Shown here: piece by piece, positions 1-8,565 of the stretch
How positions within the stretch are numbered: the first letter of the stretch is position 1
Layout of the letters: every line of letters starts with the position of its first letter
Assembly: GCA_965248575.1 (NCBI GenBank)
Contig: CBDFJQ010000002.1
Location: 2,048,001 to 2,112,000, forward strand
Origin: Planctomycetota bacterium
Lineage (GTDB): Bacteria > Planctomycetota > B15-G4
Direction of reading: 5' to 3'
DNA length: 64,000 bases
Notes under the pieces: generated by a model
Databases searched by the model: none
What the model was told of the DNA's origin: nothing
Seen by the model: the letters and a program-made list of their open reading frames with translations, nothing else
Position numbers and translations under genes: made by a program

Positions 1-1
1 C

Positions 2-130
2 CGGCGCTTCGAACCCGAACTCGGCGAGGATCAACGTGCGGCCGATCGAGCCGCGTGGTCCGAAGCGGTGCAGCGTGTCCGCACCACTGAGGTAGAAGCT
101 GAGCGAGGGTCCACCGCGGCAGTCGACTGA
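2..130 (+). CDS. glpK: 3' end of probable glycerol kinase (partial, begins before window)
   Basis: Frame +2 reads RRFEPELGEDQRAADRAAWSEAVQRVRTT...VD-TGA(128-130), resembling the GlpK C-terminal 'F-P...R...W..AV' pattern; a glycerol-type ABC operon lies ~1.7 kb away. Only 42 aa are visible. Confidence 0.6.
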   Translation, partial: RRFEPELGEDQRAADRAAWSEAVQRVRTTEVEAERGSTAAVD

Positions 131-220
131 GCCCATCGCAGCGCGTCGTCAACGCATTTGCCGGGCCACATGACGGTGCCAGAGCGCCCCAGTGGTGCGG
201 CCAACCGCCGCAAGCGGGAC

Positions 221-1081
221 TCAACCGAAGGTCGAGCGCATGGCTTTGTCCCAGCGGCGTTCGATGGCTTCGAACTCACCGGGGTCCAGCCCCCAGGTGG
301 AGAGCCAGAGGTGCGCCACCTTGCCCATGCCACAGTCCTCGTGACCAAAGCGCATGAGCCCGTTGTCCGCGTTGTGCACGGTCCCGGCCACGACCCGAGG
401 GGGCTCGACGACGAGCATCGTGCCCTCCAGCACATCGCCTGAGTTCAGTCGATAGTGGTAGGCATCCCCAGGTTTCGGCGCCCCCGCCCAACCCTCAGCG
501 ATGAGCCCACCGGGTTCCACGAAGCGCGCCCAGACCTGCGGCGCCTCATCGGTCACGGGACGCTGGATCCACAGAGCCCGCCGGGTCTTCCCGGCGTGGT
601 GCTCCAGGTACTGCCTCAAGCTGCGTAACTCGAAAGACCAACCCGAGCGAGTGCCTTCGTACTCATCGTCGAAGCTCGCGTCCTGTCCGAAGCCGCTGTG
701 GACCAGGCGCAAGACCGTCCTGCCTCCCTGCGCTTCGATGTGCCAATCCACGCGCAACGCTCGGGAAGGGTCGCCCCCCTCCTCCGTCGCGGCTTCAATC
801 CATGTGGTGCGCAGATGGTGCGGCGGGCTCCAGGCTTCAATCAGGCTCACGCCCTTGAAGGCCTCGCCCCAGGCGTAGGTGATGCTGCCCCCGAGGCCCA
901 ACTCGCTCTCGGCGCCAAACGGAAACCAGTTCTCCAACTCCCGCGCTTCCGTGATGGCCTTCCACACCATCTCGGGCGTCGCATCGATGATGAGTTCGTG
1001 AGTGTGCGAGCGCGTCTCGCCAGACGAGTCTTCCACGATGGAGTAGGGCTTTTCGTCGTTCTTTCGTGTGCTGCTGGTCAT
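221..1081 (-). CDS. SRPBCC/AHA1-like (START superfamily) domain protein, probably two domains
   Basis: IDATPEMVWKAIT...LENWF, TVLRLVHSGF and GW..EL..LRQYLE motifs; 4-nt overlap with the upstream regulator. Confidence 0.85.
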   Translation of the reverse strand: MTSSTRKNDEKPYSIVEDSSGETRSHTHELIIDATPEMVWKAITEARELENWFPFGAESELGLGGSITYAWGEAFKGVSLIEAWSPPHHLRTTWIEAATEEGGDPSRALRVDWHIEAQGGRTVLRLVHSGFGQDASFDDEYEGTRSGWSFELRSLRQYLEHHAGKTRRALWIQRPVTDEAPQVWARFVEPGGLIAEGWAGAPKPGDAYHYRLNSGDVLEGTMLVVEPPRVVAGTVHNADNGLMRFGHEDCGMGKVAHLWLSTWGLDPGEFEAIERRWDKAMRSTFG

Positions 1082-1758
1082 GAGCGTTCTCCTGCTGGTG
1101 ATGTGCTTGTCGCTTCGTCTGGCTTCAGAACCGGATGTCCCCCCAACACGAATCGGAACGCCCGGCTCCCGTCCCCTTCGTCGTGGTACTTCGCCGTCAG
1201 AGCCGCCAGGGACGCGGCCAGTTCCTTCGCGAAAGCAGCTCGTGTCTCGGGAGACGCGAAACTCACTTCCGTGTCCATGCTGAGTGTCGGCAGGCTCTTC
1301 CTGGCTGCGGCCGCTCCGCGGCGCAGGCTGCCCACATCACTCGCCATCCTGGTGGCGAGTGCGAGCAGGTACGCGCTGCTGAAACGGTCCTGGACTGCCG
1401 AAGGGTCCACCGCCAGTCGCCCCAGAACTGCCGGGTCGATGCACAGCGACCGAGCGATCGGGCGCAGGATGCGCTCGGTGCAGCCGCGCCGTTTGCGCTC
1501 CAGTTCCAGCTCCACGAAGCCGCTGCTCTCGAGCGCGCGCAGGTGGTAGTTGATCTTCTGGCGCGGCAGCGACAGGCGCTGGGAAAGCCCGGTGGCCGAG
1601 GCAGGCTCTTCGGCGAGCGCCTCCAGCAGTTCGCGCCGCAGGGGCGACAGCAAGCTGGTAAGGCGGCGGCGGTCGTTCACCACATCCAGGGAACCACTCT
1701 CACCTGCTGGGGCCGCCCCCAAGGGGTCCTCGATGGATGCGGGTGCGGGAACGCTCAT
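1078..1758 (-). CDS. ArsR-like winged-helix transcriptional regulator
   Basis: SPLRRELLEALAEEPASATGLSQRLSLPRQKINYHLRALESSGFV helix-turn-helix; ATG at 1758 chosen because it follows a near-consensus promoter. Confidence 0.85.
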   Translation of the reverse strand: MSVPAPASIEDPLGAAPAGESGSLDVVNDRRRLTSLLSPLRRELLEALAEEPASATGLSQRLSLPRQKINYHLRALESSGFVELELERKRRGCTERILRPIARSLCIDPAVLGRLAVDPSAVQDRFSSAYLLALATRMASDVGSLRRGAAAARKSLPTLSMDTEVSFASPETRAAFAKELAASLAALTAKYHDEGDGSRAFRFVLGGHPVLKPDEATSTSPAGERS

Positions 1759-1765
1759 GAACCGA

Positions 1766-1794
1766 AGTCTACAATTGACAATCTTTCTTGTCAA
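1766..1794 (-). promoter_or_regulatory. Sigma70-type promoter with overlapping palindromic operator
   Basis: Minus strand TTGACA(1794-1789)-17 nt-TAGACT(1771-1766)-7 nt-ATG(1758); inverted repeat TTGACAA-N6-TTGTCAA at 1775-1794. Confidence 0.75.
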
Positions 1795-1853
1795 ATGAGC
1801 CATGGAGTACCCGATCTGAGCCTCATCAGCTTGTTCTTGCCCGCCTGGGGCCT

Positions 1854-3629
1854 TTAGCGGGCACGCCCTTCGCGCCAGGCCTGCAGCAGTTCCTCATAGG
1901 GAACCGTCTGCCCGGGGGGCTTCTCCTGCGCCAGCTTGGGCTTCGGGGAGCCGGGCGCGGCCAGCCACTCTTCCGCCGGCTTGGGGTCATTCAGCCGGGG
2001 TCCGCATGCGGCCATACCCGCGCGCTCCAAGCGCGCCAGCACCGCGTCCATTTCTGCCGCCAGGGAGTCCAAGGCCTCTTGCGGGCTCTTCTCCCCCGTC
2101 ACGGCCAAGCTGACGTTCTGCCACCACAACTGCGCCAGCTTCGGGTAGTCGGGGACGTTGGTGCCCGTCGGCGTCCAGGCAACCCGCGCGGGCGAACGGT
2201 AGAACTCCACCAAGCCTCCCAACTTGGGCGCCCGCTCGTCGACGAAGGTCGACGCGAGGTCCGACTCACGCACCGGCGTCAGCCCCACCAGGAACTTGCG
2301 CAAGGAGACCGTCTTGCACACAGCAAACTGCGCATAGAGCCAGGCGGCCTTGCGACGTTTCAGTTCAGTGCTCTTCAAGAAGGTCCACGCGCCGCAGTCC
2401 TGGTAGCCGAGCTTCATGCCCTCCGACCAGTACGGTCCATGGGGTGAGGGTGCCATGCGCCAACGGGGTAGACCGTCCTCGTCCACCACCGGCAGGCCCT
2501 CGGTGGTGAGCGATGCGGTGAAGGCCGTGTACCAGAAGATCTGTTGAGCGATATGCCCTTGGCCCGGGACTGGGCCAGCTTCCGAGAACGTCATGCCCGG
2601 GGCTTCCGGCGGCGCATAGGCCTTCAACCAGTCTCGGTACTTGGTGAGAGCGTAGACAGCCCCCGGGCTGTTGGTCGCGCCTCCACGGGACACGCTGGCC
2701 CCCACCGGCCGACAGTCCTCGACCCGGATGCCCCACTCGTCCACAGGCAATCCGTTGGGCAGGCCCACATCCCCCACCCCAGCCATGGACAACCAGGCGT
2801 CCGTGAAGCGCCAGCCCAGGCTCGGGTCCTTCTTGCCGTAGTCCATATGGCCCCAGACCCGCTCGCCGTCGATCTGCTGCACACGGTTGGTGAAGAAGTC
2901 GGCGATGTCCTCGTAGGCCGACCAATTCACGGGAACACCGAGCTCGTAGCCGTAGGCCTCCCGGAACTGCTGCTGGAGGTCGGGCCGCTCGAACCAGTCC
3001 TGCCTGAACCAATAGAGGTTGGCGAACTGCTGATCCGGGAGCTGGTACAGCTTCCCATCGGGACCGGTGCAGAAGCTCTTTCCGATGAAGTCGTCGAGGT
3101 CGAGGGTGGGCAGGGTGACATCCGCCCCCTCTCCCTGCATGAAGTCCGAGAGGGGCACCACGAGACCGGAACGGTAGTGCGTACCGATCAGGTCGCTGTC
3201 ATTCACATAGGCGTCGTAGATGCTGCGCCCGCTTTGCATCTGGGTCTGCAACTTCTCGATCACATCACCCTCTTGGATCAGATCGTGGGTGATGGAGATG
3301 CCCGTGATCTCGGTGAACGCACGAGCGAGAGTGGAGGCCTCGTAGTCGTGGGTATCGATGGTCTCCGAAACGACCTGCAGGCTCATGCCCCGGAAAGGCT
3401 CGGCCGCCGCCGCGAACCAGCGCATCTCTTCCAACTGCTCATCCCGCGACAGCGTGCTGGGCTGGAACTCCTCGTCAATCCAGGCTTTGGCTGCTTCGTC
3501 ACGGGCCACGGCGAGCGATGGGTCCTCTGCGGGCCGTGGCGCGTCTCCATCCCCCCCACAGGACGTGCACAGCGCGCCGCCCAGAATCAGGGCCCCGAGC
3601 GAAACACCGCCAAGCTGGATGATGCGCAT
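1854..3629 (-). CDS. ABC transporter substrate-binding lipoprotein, glycerol GlpV-like
   Basis: Lipobox-like LCTSC; motifs WIDEEFQPSTLS, LYQLPDQQFANLYWFR, GHMDYGKKDPSLGWRFTDAWLSMAG and WTPTGTNVPDYPKLAQLWW. Start uncertain (3629 or 3665). Confidence 0.85.
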   Translation of the reverse strand: MRIIQLGGVSLGALILGGALCTSCGGDGDAPRPAEDPSLAVARDEAAKAWIDEEFQPSTLSRDEQLEEMRWFAAAAEPFRGMSLQVVSETIDTHDYEASTLARAFTEITGISITHDLIQEGDVIEKLQTQMQSGRSIYDAYVNDSDLIGTHYRSGLVVPLSDFMQGEGADVTLPTLDLDDFIGKSFCTGPDGKLYQLPDQQFANLYWFRQDWFERPDLQQQFREAYGYELGVPVNWSAYEDIADFFTNRVQQIDGERVWGHMDYGKKDPSLGWRFTDAWLSMAGVGDVGLPNGLPVDEWGIRVEDCRPVGASVSRGGATNSPGAVYALTKYRDWLKAYAPPEAPGMTFSEAGPVPGQGHIAQQIFWYTAFTASLTTEGLPVVDEDGLPRWRMAPSPHGPYWSEGMKLGYQDCGAWTFLKSTELKRRKAAWLYAQFAVCKTVSLRKFLVGLTPVRESDLASTFVDERAPKLGGLVEFYRSPARVAWTPTGTNVPDYPKLAQLWWQNVSLAVTGEKSPQEALDSLAAEMDAVLARLERAGMAACGPRLNDPKPAEEWLAAPGSPKPKLAQEKPPGQTVPYEELLQAWREGRAR

Positions 3630-3782
3630 GCAAGAGCTCCCACACCGGTTGGATTGAACGGGCACCGCACCCCGAGCACGGCGACACCATACCGCACCTC
3701 TCCCCTCCTCCAGCTCAGCATCACCCAGACCACTGCTCGGCGGTTCAGGGTGTTGGAGGCCAGCGAGCCATCACCGAATCGC

Positions 3783-4055
3783 TCAACCGCGTCGCATGAG
3801 CAGCACGATCAGCAGCAGTGAGGGCACGGCAGCCCAGCCCACGTGTTGGTCCGTGAAGCCGACCCAGGCGAGGTGCAGCACGGCTGTGGCCACCAGCCCG
3901 AGAAACAAGCGGTCGCCGCGTGTCGTCGGCATGGGCAGCCAACCCTTGCGTTGCCGAGAGGGCGAGCGCCATTCCCACACGGTCATGCCCACCAGCAACG
4001 CAGCGAGGCCCGCAAAGAGACCAGCCGTCGGCAGTGTCCAGGCCATCCACTCCAT
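3783..4055 (-). CDS. DUF2160 small membrane protein (GlpU-like)
   Basis: MEWMAWTLPT...RKGWLPMPTTRGDRLFLGL; ATG at 4055 overlaps the upstream stop (TGATG). Confidence 0.85.
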   Translation of the reverse strand: MEWMAWTLPTAGLFAGLAALLVGMTVWEWRSPSRQRKGWLPMPTTRGDRLFLGLVATAVLHLAWVGFTDQHVGWAAVPSLLLIVLLMRRG

Positions 4056-4849
4056 CACACCCGCCCCAGGGCGAAGCCCTTGGCGATGTCGTTGCGCACG
4101 AAGACAATCACGATGGCGCCCGGGATCAGGGTCAGCACACCCGCCGCCGCCAGCACACCCCAGTCCATTCCTGCGGCGGACACCGTGCGCGTCATGACGG
4201 CCGCGATGGGCTTCGCATCCACTGATGTCAGGGTGCGCGCCAAGAGCAACTCCACCCAACTGAACATGAAGCAGAAGAAGGCGGTCACACCCACCCCTCG
4301 CTTCATCAAGGGCAGGAAGATCCCGAGGAAGAAGCGCGGAAAGCTCCAACCATCCAGCTGGGCTGTCTCATCGATGGCGCGTGGAATCCCCGACATGAAG
4401 CCCTCCAGGATCCAGACGGCGAGGGGCACGTTGAACAGCATGTGTGCCAGCGCCACGGCCCAGGGCGTGTCGAACAAACCGATGCTCGAGTAGAGCTGGA
4501 AGAAGGGCAGCAGGAAGACCGCCGGGGGTGCCATGCGGTTGGTGAGCAACCAGAAGAACAGCTGCTTGTCACCCATGAAGCGGTAGCGCGAGAAGGCGTA
4601 GGCGGCCGGCAAGGCCACCGCCAGCGAAAGCACCGTGTTGATCACCACATAGCTGAGGCTGTGCAGGTAGCCGCCATACCAGCTGGGGTCGGAGAAGATG
4701 GTCGCGTAGTTGGCGAAGGTGATCTCCTCCGGCCACAGGCTGAACGCCCTGAGGATCTCCTCGTTGCTGCGCAGGGACATGTTCACCATCCAGTACAGCG
4801 GCAGGAGGGTGAGCAGCAGGTAGGTGAGTACGAACAGCCGGCGCATCAT
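4055..4849 (-). CDS. Carbohydrate ABC permease (GlpQ-like)
   Basis: EAA loop IPRAIDETAQLDG and multiple TM helices; true start MMRRLF at 4849 (ATGA overlap), so the ORF-track extension to 5752 is not coding. Confidence 0.9.
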   Translation of the reverse strand: MMRRLFVLTYLLLTLLPLYWMVNMSLRSNEEILRAFSLWPEEITFANYATIFSDPSWYGGYLHSLSYVVINTVLSLAVALPAAYAFSRYRFMGDKQLFFWLLTNRMAPPAVFLLPFFQLYSSIGLFDTPWAVALAHMLFNVPLAVWILEGFMSGIPRAIDETAQLDGWSFPRFFLGIFLPLMKRGVGVTAFFCFMFSWVELLLARTLTSVDAKPIAAVMTRTVSAAGMDWGVLAAAGVLTLIPGAIVIVFVRNDIAKGFALGRV

Positions 4850-5724
4850 CCTTCGGCCTCCTCGGACTCGCCCTGTGAGAGCACCGTGTAGAACACGTAG
4901 CTCACGATGAGCACCACCAGGAAGTACATCAGCGAGAAGGCCGCAGCCGGGCCCAGGTCGAACTGCCCCACAGCGAGGCGCGTGAGGTGCTGGCTCAGGA
5001 AGGTCGTGGCATTGCCCGGGCCCCCGCCTGTCAAGACGAATGGTTCGGTGTAGATCATGAAGCTGTCCATGAACCGCAGCAGCAAGGCGATGGTCAGCAC
5101 GCTGCGCAAGCGCGGGAGCTCGACGAATCGGAACAACGCCCACGGAGACGCACCGTCGATGGCTGCCGCTTGCCGGAAGGCGTCGGGCACGGCACGCAAG
5201 CCGGCGAATGCGAGCAGGGCGATCAGGGGCGTCCAGTGCCAGACATCCATCACCAGCACCGTGAGCCAGGCATGAGTCGGGTCGAGCGTGGCGTTGTAGT
5301 CGACGCCCAGTGCCCCCATCGCGACGCCACCCAGACCGATGTCGGTGCGCGTGAAGATCTGCCAGATGGTGCCCACGACATTCCAGGGCACGAGCAAGGG
5401 CAGGGCCACGATCACCATGGCCAGCGAGGAGGCCCAGCCCCGAATGGGCATGGCCTTCGCAAGCAGCACGCCCAAGGGGAGCTCGATCAACAACACGCTC
5501 AGGCTGAACACCAACTGCCGGCCAAAGGCGCCGTGCAGCTCCGGGTCCCGCAGGGCGAGGCGGAACCACTCCCAGCCCACGAACACCCGCCGCTCCGGTG
5601 AGAGGATGTCCTGCACGGAGTAGTTGACCACCGTCATGAGCGGCACGACGGCACTGAAGGCCACCACCAACAGCACCGGTGTGACCAACAACCAAGCCCG
5701 GCCTTGCCTGCGCTGGGTCCTCAA
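4846..5724 (-). CDS. Carbohydrate ABC permease (GlpP-like)
   Basis: MDVWHWTPL, VPDAFRQAAAIDGAS and LLRFMDSFMIYTEPFVLTGGGPG motifs. Confidence 0.9.
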   Translation of the reverse strand: MRTQRRQGRAWLLVTPVLLVVAFSAVVPLMTVVNYSVQDILSPERRVFVGWEWFRLALRDPELHGAFGRQLVFSLSVLLIELPLGVLLAKAMPIRGWASSLAMVIVALPLLVPWNVVGTIWQIFTRTDIGLGGVAMGALGVDYNATLDPTHAWLTVLVMDVWHWTPLIALLAFAGLRAVPDAFRQAAAIDGASPWALFRFVELPRLRSVLTIALLLRFMDSFMIYTEPFVLTGGGPGNATTFLSQHLTRLAVGQFDLGPAAAFSLMYFLVVLIVSYVFYTVLSQGESEEAEG

Positions 5725-6926
5725 GAGGAAGCGCCCTCGACGGGAGCAGCATGCTTCAAGGGCACCGCCTGTCCGTTGGCGAAGAGCCGCACATCCTTCA
5801 ACGGGAGTGCCACCCGGACCTCCGTGCCGACCGACACCTGGATGTCGCCGTCCGTCTCCATGACGAAGCTCGTCTCGCCCAGCTCGAGACCGAGCAATCG
5901 TCGGTGCCCAAGGTCTTCTTGTCGCACGACGACGGCTGACACTTCCAGGTGGAGCTCGCTCATGCCCTCCGCCCAGCGAATTCGATCGGGGCGGATCCCC
6001 AGCTGAAGTGCTGCGGCGCCGGCAGCCGAAGCCGCCTCCGCCGAAGGGCGTTCGCTTTCCAAGTCCCTTTCCAGTTCCAGGTCCCAGGGCTCAAGCGACA
6101 GCGACTGCCGAGAACCCAGCAATCGTGCCGAGCTGCGCGGTGCCCCCCGGGCAGACTCAGTCGACGGGGGCGCAAGAGCCAGCAGGTTCATGCCGGGGCT
6201 CCCGATCAGCTGCCCCACCCGCGTGTTGTTGGGCTGTTCGTGCAGCTCTTCGGGCGACCCCACTTGCAACACGCGCCCCTGCTCCAGCACCACCACCGAT
6301 TCAGCAAGGGTCAGGGCCTCGTCCTGATCGTGGGTCACGTAGATCATGGTGGGTCGCAAGCGTTCCTGCACCTCGGCCAGCCGACGGCGCAGCTTCCAGC
6401 GGATGCTGGGGTCCACCTGCGTCAGCGGCTCGTCCAGCAGGATCGCTGCCACATCCGTGCGCACCAGACCGCGCCCCAGGGAGAGACGTTGGCGGCCATC
6501 CACCGGGAGCCGGCGAGCCGGAAGTTCGAGCGCGGCGTCCAGATCGAGCAGCTGTGCAACCTCGTGCACACGCCCTTGGATCTGGTTCGCAGGCAGCCCC
6601 CGGTTGCGCAAGGGAAAGGCCAGGTTCTGCGCGACGGTCATGGTGTCGTAGACCACGGGAAACTGGAATACCTGTGCCATGTTGCGTGCGCGGGGGGCGG
6701 CATCCGTCACGTCCCGCCCGTCGATGAGCACCCTCCCCGTGGTGGGCTTCAGCAGCCCCGACAGGATCGAAAGCAGGGTGGTCTTGCCGCACCCCGAGGG
6801 CCCCAGCAGCGCATGAGTCACCCCGTCTTCCCACTCCAGATCGAGGGGTTTCAGCGCCCACGTCCGCTCGTCGGCGCCTCGCCCGGCGTAGCTGTGACCG
6901 ACGCCCTGCAACTGGAGACGCGCCAT
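5721..6926 (-). CDS. ABC ATP-binding protein (GlpT-like)
   Basis: Walker A GPSGCGKTT, AQVFQFPVVYDTMTV, Walker B ILLDEP, YVTHDQ; C-terminal TOBE-like region; ATG at 6926. Confidence 0.9.
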   Translation of the reverse strand: MARLQLQGVGHSYAGRGADERTWALKPLDLEWEDGVTHALLGPSGCGKTTLLSILSGLLKPTTGRVLIDGRDVTDAAPRARNMAQVFQFPVVYDTMTVAQNLAFPLRNRGLPANQIQGRVHEVAQLLDLDAALELPARRLPVDGRQRLSLGRGLVRTDVAAILLDEPLTQVDPSIRWKLRRRLAEVQERLRPTMIYVTHDQDEALTLAESVVVLEQGRVLQVGSPEELHEQPNNTRVGQLIGSPGMNLLALAPPSTESARGAPRSSARLLGSRQSLSLEPWDLELERDLESERPSAEAASAAGAAALQLGIRPDRIRWAEGMSELHLEVSAVVVRQEDLGHRRLLGLELGETSFVMETDGDIQVSVGTEVRVALPLKDVRLFANGQAVPLKHAAPVEGASS

Positions 6927-6928
6927 CG

Positions 6929-8092
6929 CTAGTTTCCGCCCAACCGAGACTCCGCCGCTCCTTTGGAGCGCCTCCCCGGGGAACTGCTCCCGGAGAGCCG
7001 ACGAGGTGCAGCGGCGAGGGAACCCGACGGATGGAACAAGAAGCAGCGAGAGAGGTCCACGTCCACCGTGTACTGCTCGCCGAAGCCAAGCGGGTGAACC
7101 CCAGGCGCCCGGCACAGGACGGGGAGCGGCCCGTGCCGCCCGTGCAACAAGGTGATCGACCCATCGATCTCCGCCAACTCCAGCTGCAGGTCCAGGGCCA
7201 GGTCGTGCGCCGACGTGTTGCTACTGGTGCCGCTACCGGTGCCAGCAACGGTACGGCGCAGACGGTGAGGTCGCACGGCGAGCACATAGGCACCCGGCTC
7301 CTGGGACGCCATGTGCTCGGGCACTGAGAACTCGACCCCCGTCGAGAGCCGCAAGCGACCGGATGCCGCCAACTGCACCGGCCATTCATTGAGCGGCGGT
7401 GCACTCATCAAGCGCGCCACCTCCAGACTCTCGGGATGCTCGTAGAGCGCGCGGGCGCTCCCCGACTGCAGCACCCGCCCTTCATGCATCACCAGGGTCC
7501 GGCCCGCAAACCACAAGGCCTCGGACGGATCATGGGTCGCATAGAGCACGATGTGCTTCCGCTCCCCCTGTGAACTGGAGGGTGAGATGAAGGACTCCCG
7601 GATCTGCTCGCGCAACGCTCCCCGTAGGGAGGCGTCCAGGTTGGCCAACGGCTCGTCCAGGAGCACGACCTCCGCATCGCTCACCAGCGCCCGGGCCAAG
7701 GCGGTGCGCTGCTGCTGCCCCCCGCTCAACTGTTCCGGGAGGCGCTTCAGGAAGTCCGTGAGACCCAACTTGCGGGCGGCGGCGTGCACCTGCTCTCGAA
7801 CCCGTTCGCGCGGCACGCCCTGCGCACGCAGGGGGGAAGCGATGTTCTGCTCCACCGTCAGGGACGGATAGTTCACGAACTGCTGGTAGACCATGGCCAC
7901 CCGCCCGTCGCGCTGCAGCTGGCCGCCGTCGGGCTCGTCCAGCCCAGCCACGACCCGGAGCAGCGACGTCTTGCCGGAGCGGGTCGCCCCAAGCAGGACG
8001 CAGAAACTGCCATCCGGCAGGTCCAGATCCACCCCAGCGAGGTGGACGTCGCCGTCCACGGTCCTGCGGATGCCTGAGAGACGCACGCCCAT
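6929..8092 (-). CDS. ABC ATP-binding protein (GlpS-like)
   Basis: GATRSGKTS, MVYQQFVNYP, LSGGQQQR and LLDEPLANLD motifs. Confidence 0.9.
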   Translation of the reverse strand: MGVRLSGIRRTVDGDVHLAGVDLDLPDGSFCVLLGATRSGKTSLLRVVAGLDEPDGGQLQRDGRVAMVYQQFVNYPSLTVEQNIASPLRAQGVPRERVREQVHAAARKLGLTDFLKRLPEQLSGGQQQRTALARALVSDAEVVLLDEPLANLDASLRGALREQIRESFISPSSSQGERKHIVLYATHDPSEALWFAGRTLVMHEGRVLQSGSARALYEHPESLEVARLMSAPPLNEWPVQLAASGRLRLSTGVEFSVPEHMASQEPGAYVLAVRPHRLRRTVAGTGSGTSSNTSAHDLALDLQLELAEIDGSITLLHGRHGPLPVLCRAPGVHPLGFGEQYTVDVDLSRCFLFHPSGSLAAAPRRLSGSSSPGRRSKGAAESRLGGN

Positions 8093-8262
8093 GGATCACC
8101 GAGTGTGCCGTGCAAGCAAGGCGGGCTCCAGCACCGAGGCGCCACGATTCCATGACCCTCGGATTCGAGCACCTGTTACCAGAGTGGGCCACGCACGGCA
8201 GCGCCGCTCAAGTCCTGGCCCAGTGCTGATTCCCGCCTCCCGAAATGATCTCCTGAACGGCC

Positions 8263-8565
8263 ATGAGTGACGGCGCCGACGAGACGACCCCCGAAGGAAC
8301 TCCTGAGGGTCGCGCTGTCTCCCCAGACGCTCGGGGCTATTGGCGTGCCAACCTGCGCCTCGTCACAGCCCTACTCGTGGTCTGGGCGACGGTCTCCTTC
8401 GGCTGCTCGATCGTGTTCGTGGAAGCCCTCAACGAAATCCAATGGGGTGGCTTCCCGCTCGGATTCTGGTTCGCGCAACAGGGCAGTATCTACGTCTTCG
8501 TGCTGCTGCTGATCCTCTACGCGGTGATCTCCGACCGCATGGCGCGCAAGTACGGGGTCGACTGA
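8263..8565 (+). CDS. DUF4212 small membrane protein (symporter accessory subunit)
   Basis: YWRANLRL...GFPLGFWFAQQGSIYVFV; abuts the symporter gene. Confidence 0.9.
   Translation: MSDGADETTPEGTPEGRAVSPDARGYWRANLRLVTALLVVWATVSFGCSIVFVEALNEIQWGGFPLGFWFAQQGSIYVFVLLLILYAVISDRMARKYGVD

Noticed and set aside
4850..5752. Apparent 565-aa permease fusion
   Set aside because: The extension overlaps the real permease 4846-5724 in another frame; the true start is 4849.
8093..8262. Possible sigma54 promoter between divergent transport operons
   Set aside because: No GG-N10-GC with TGGCAC/TTGC context found by eye on either strand.
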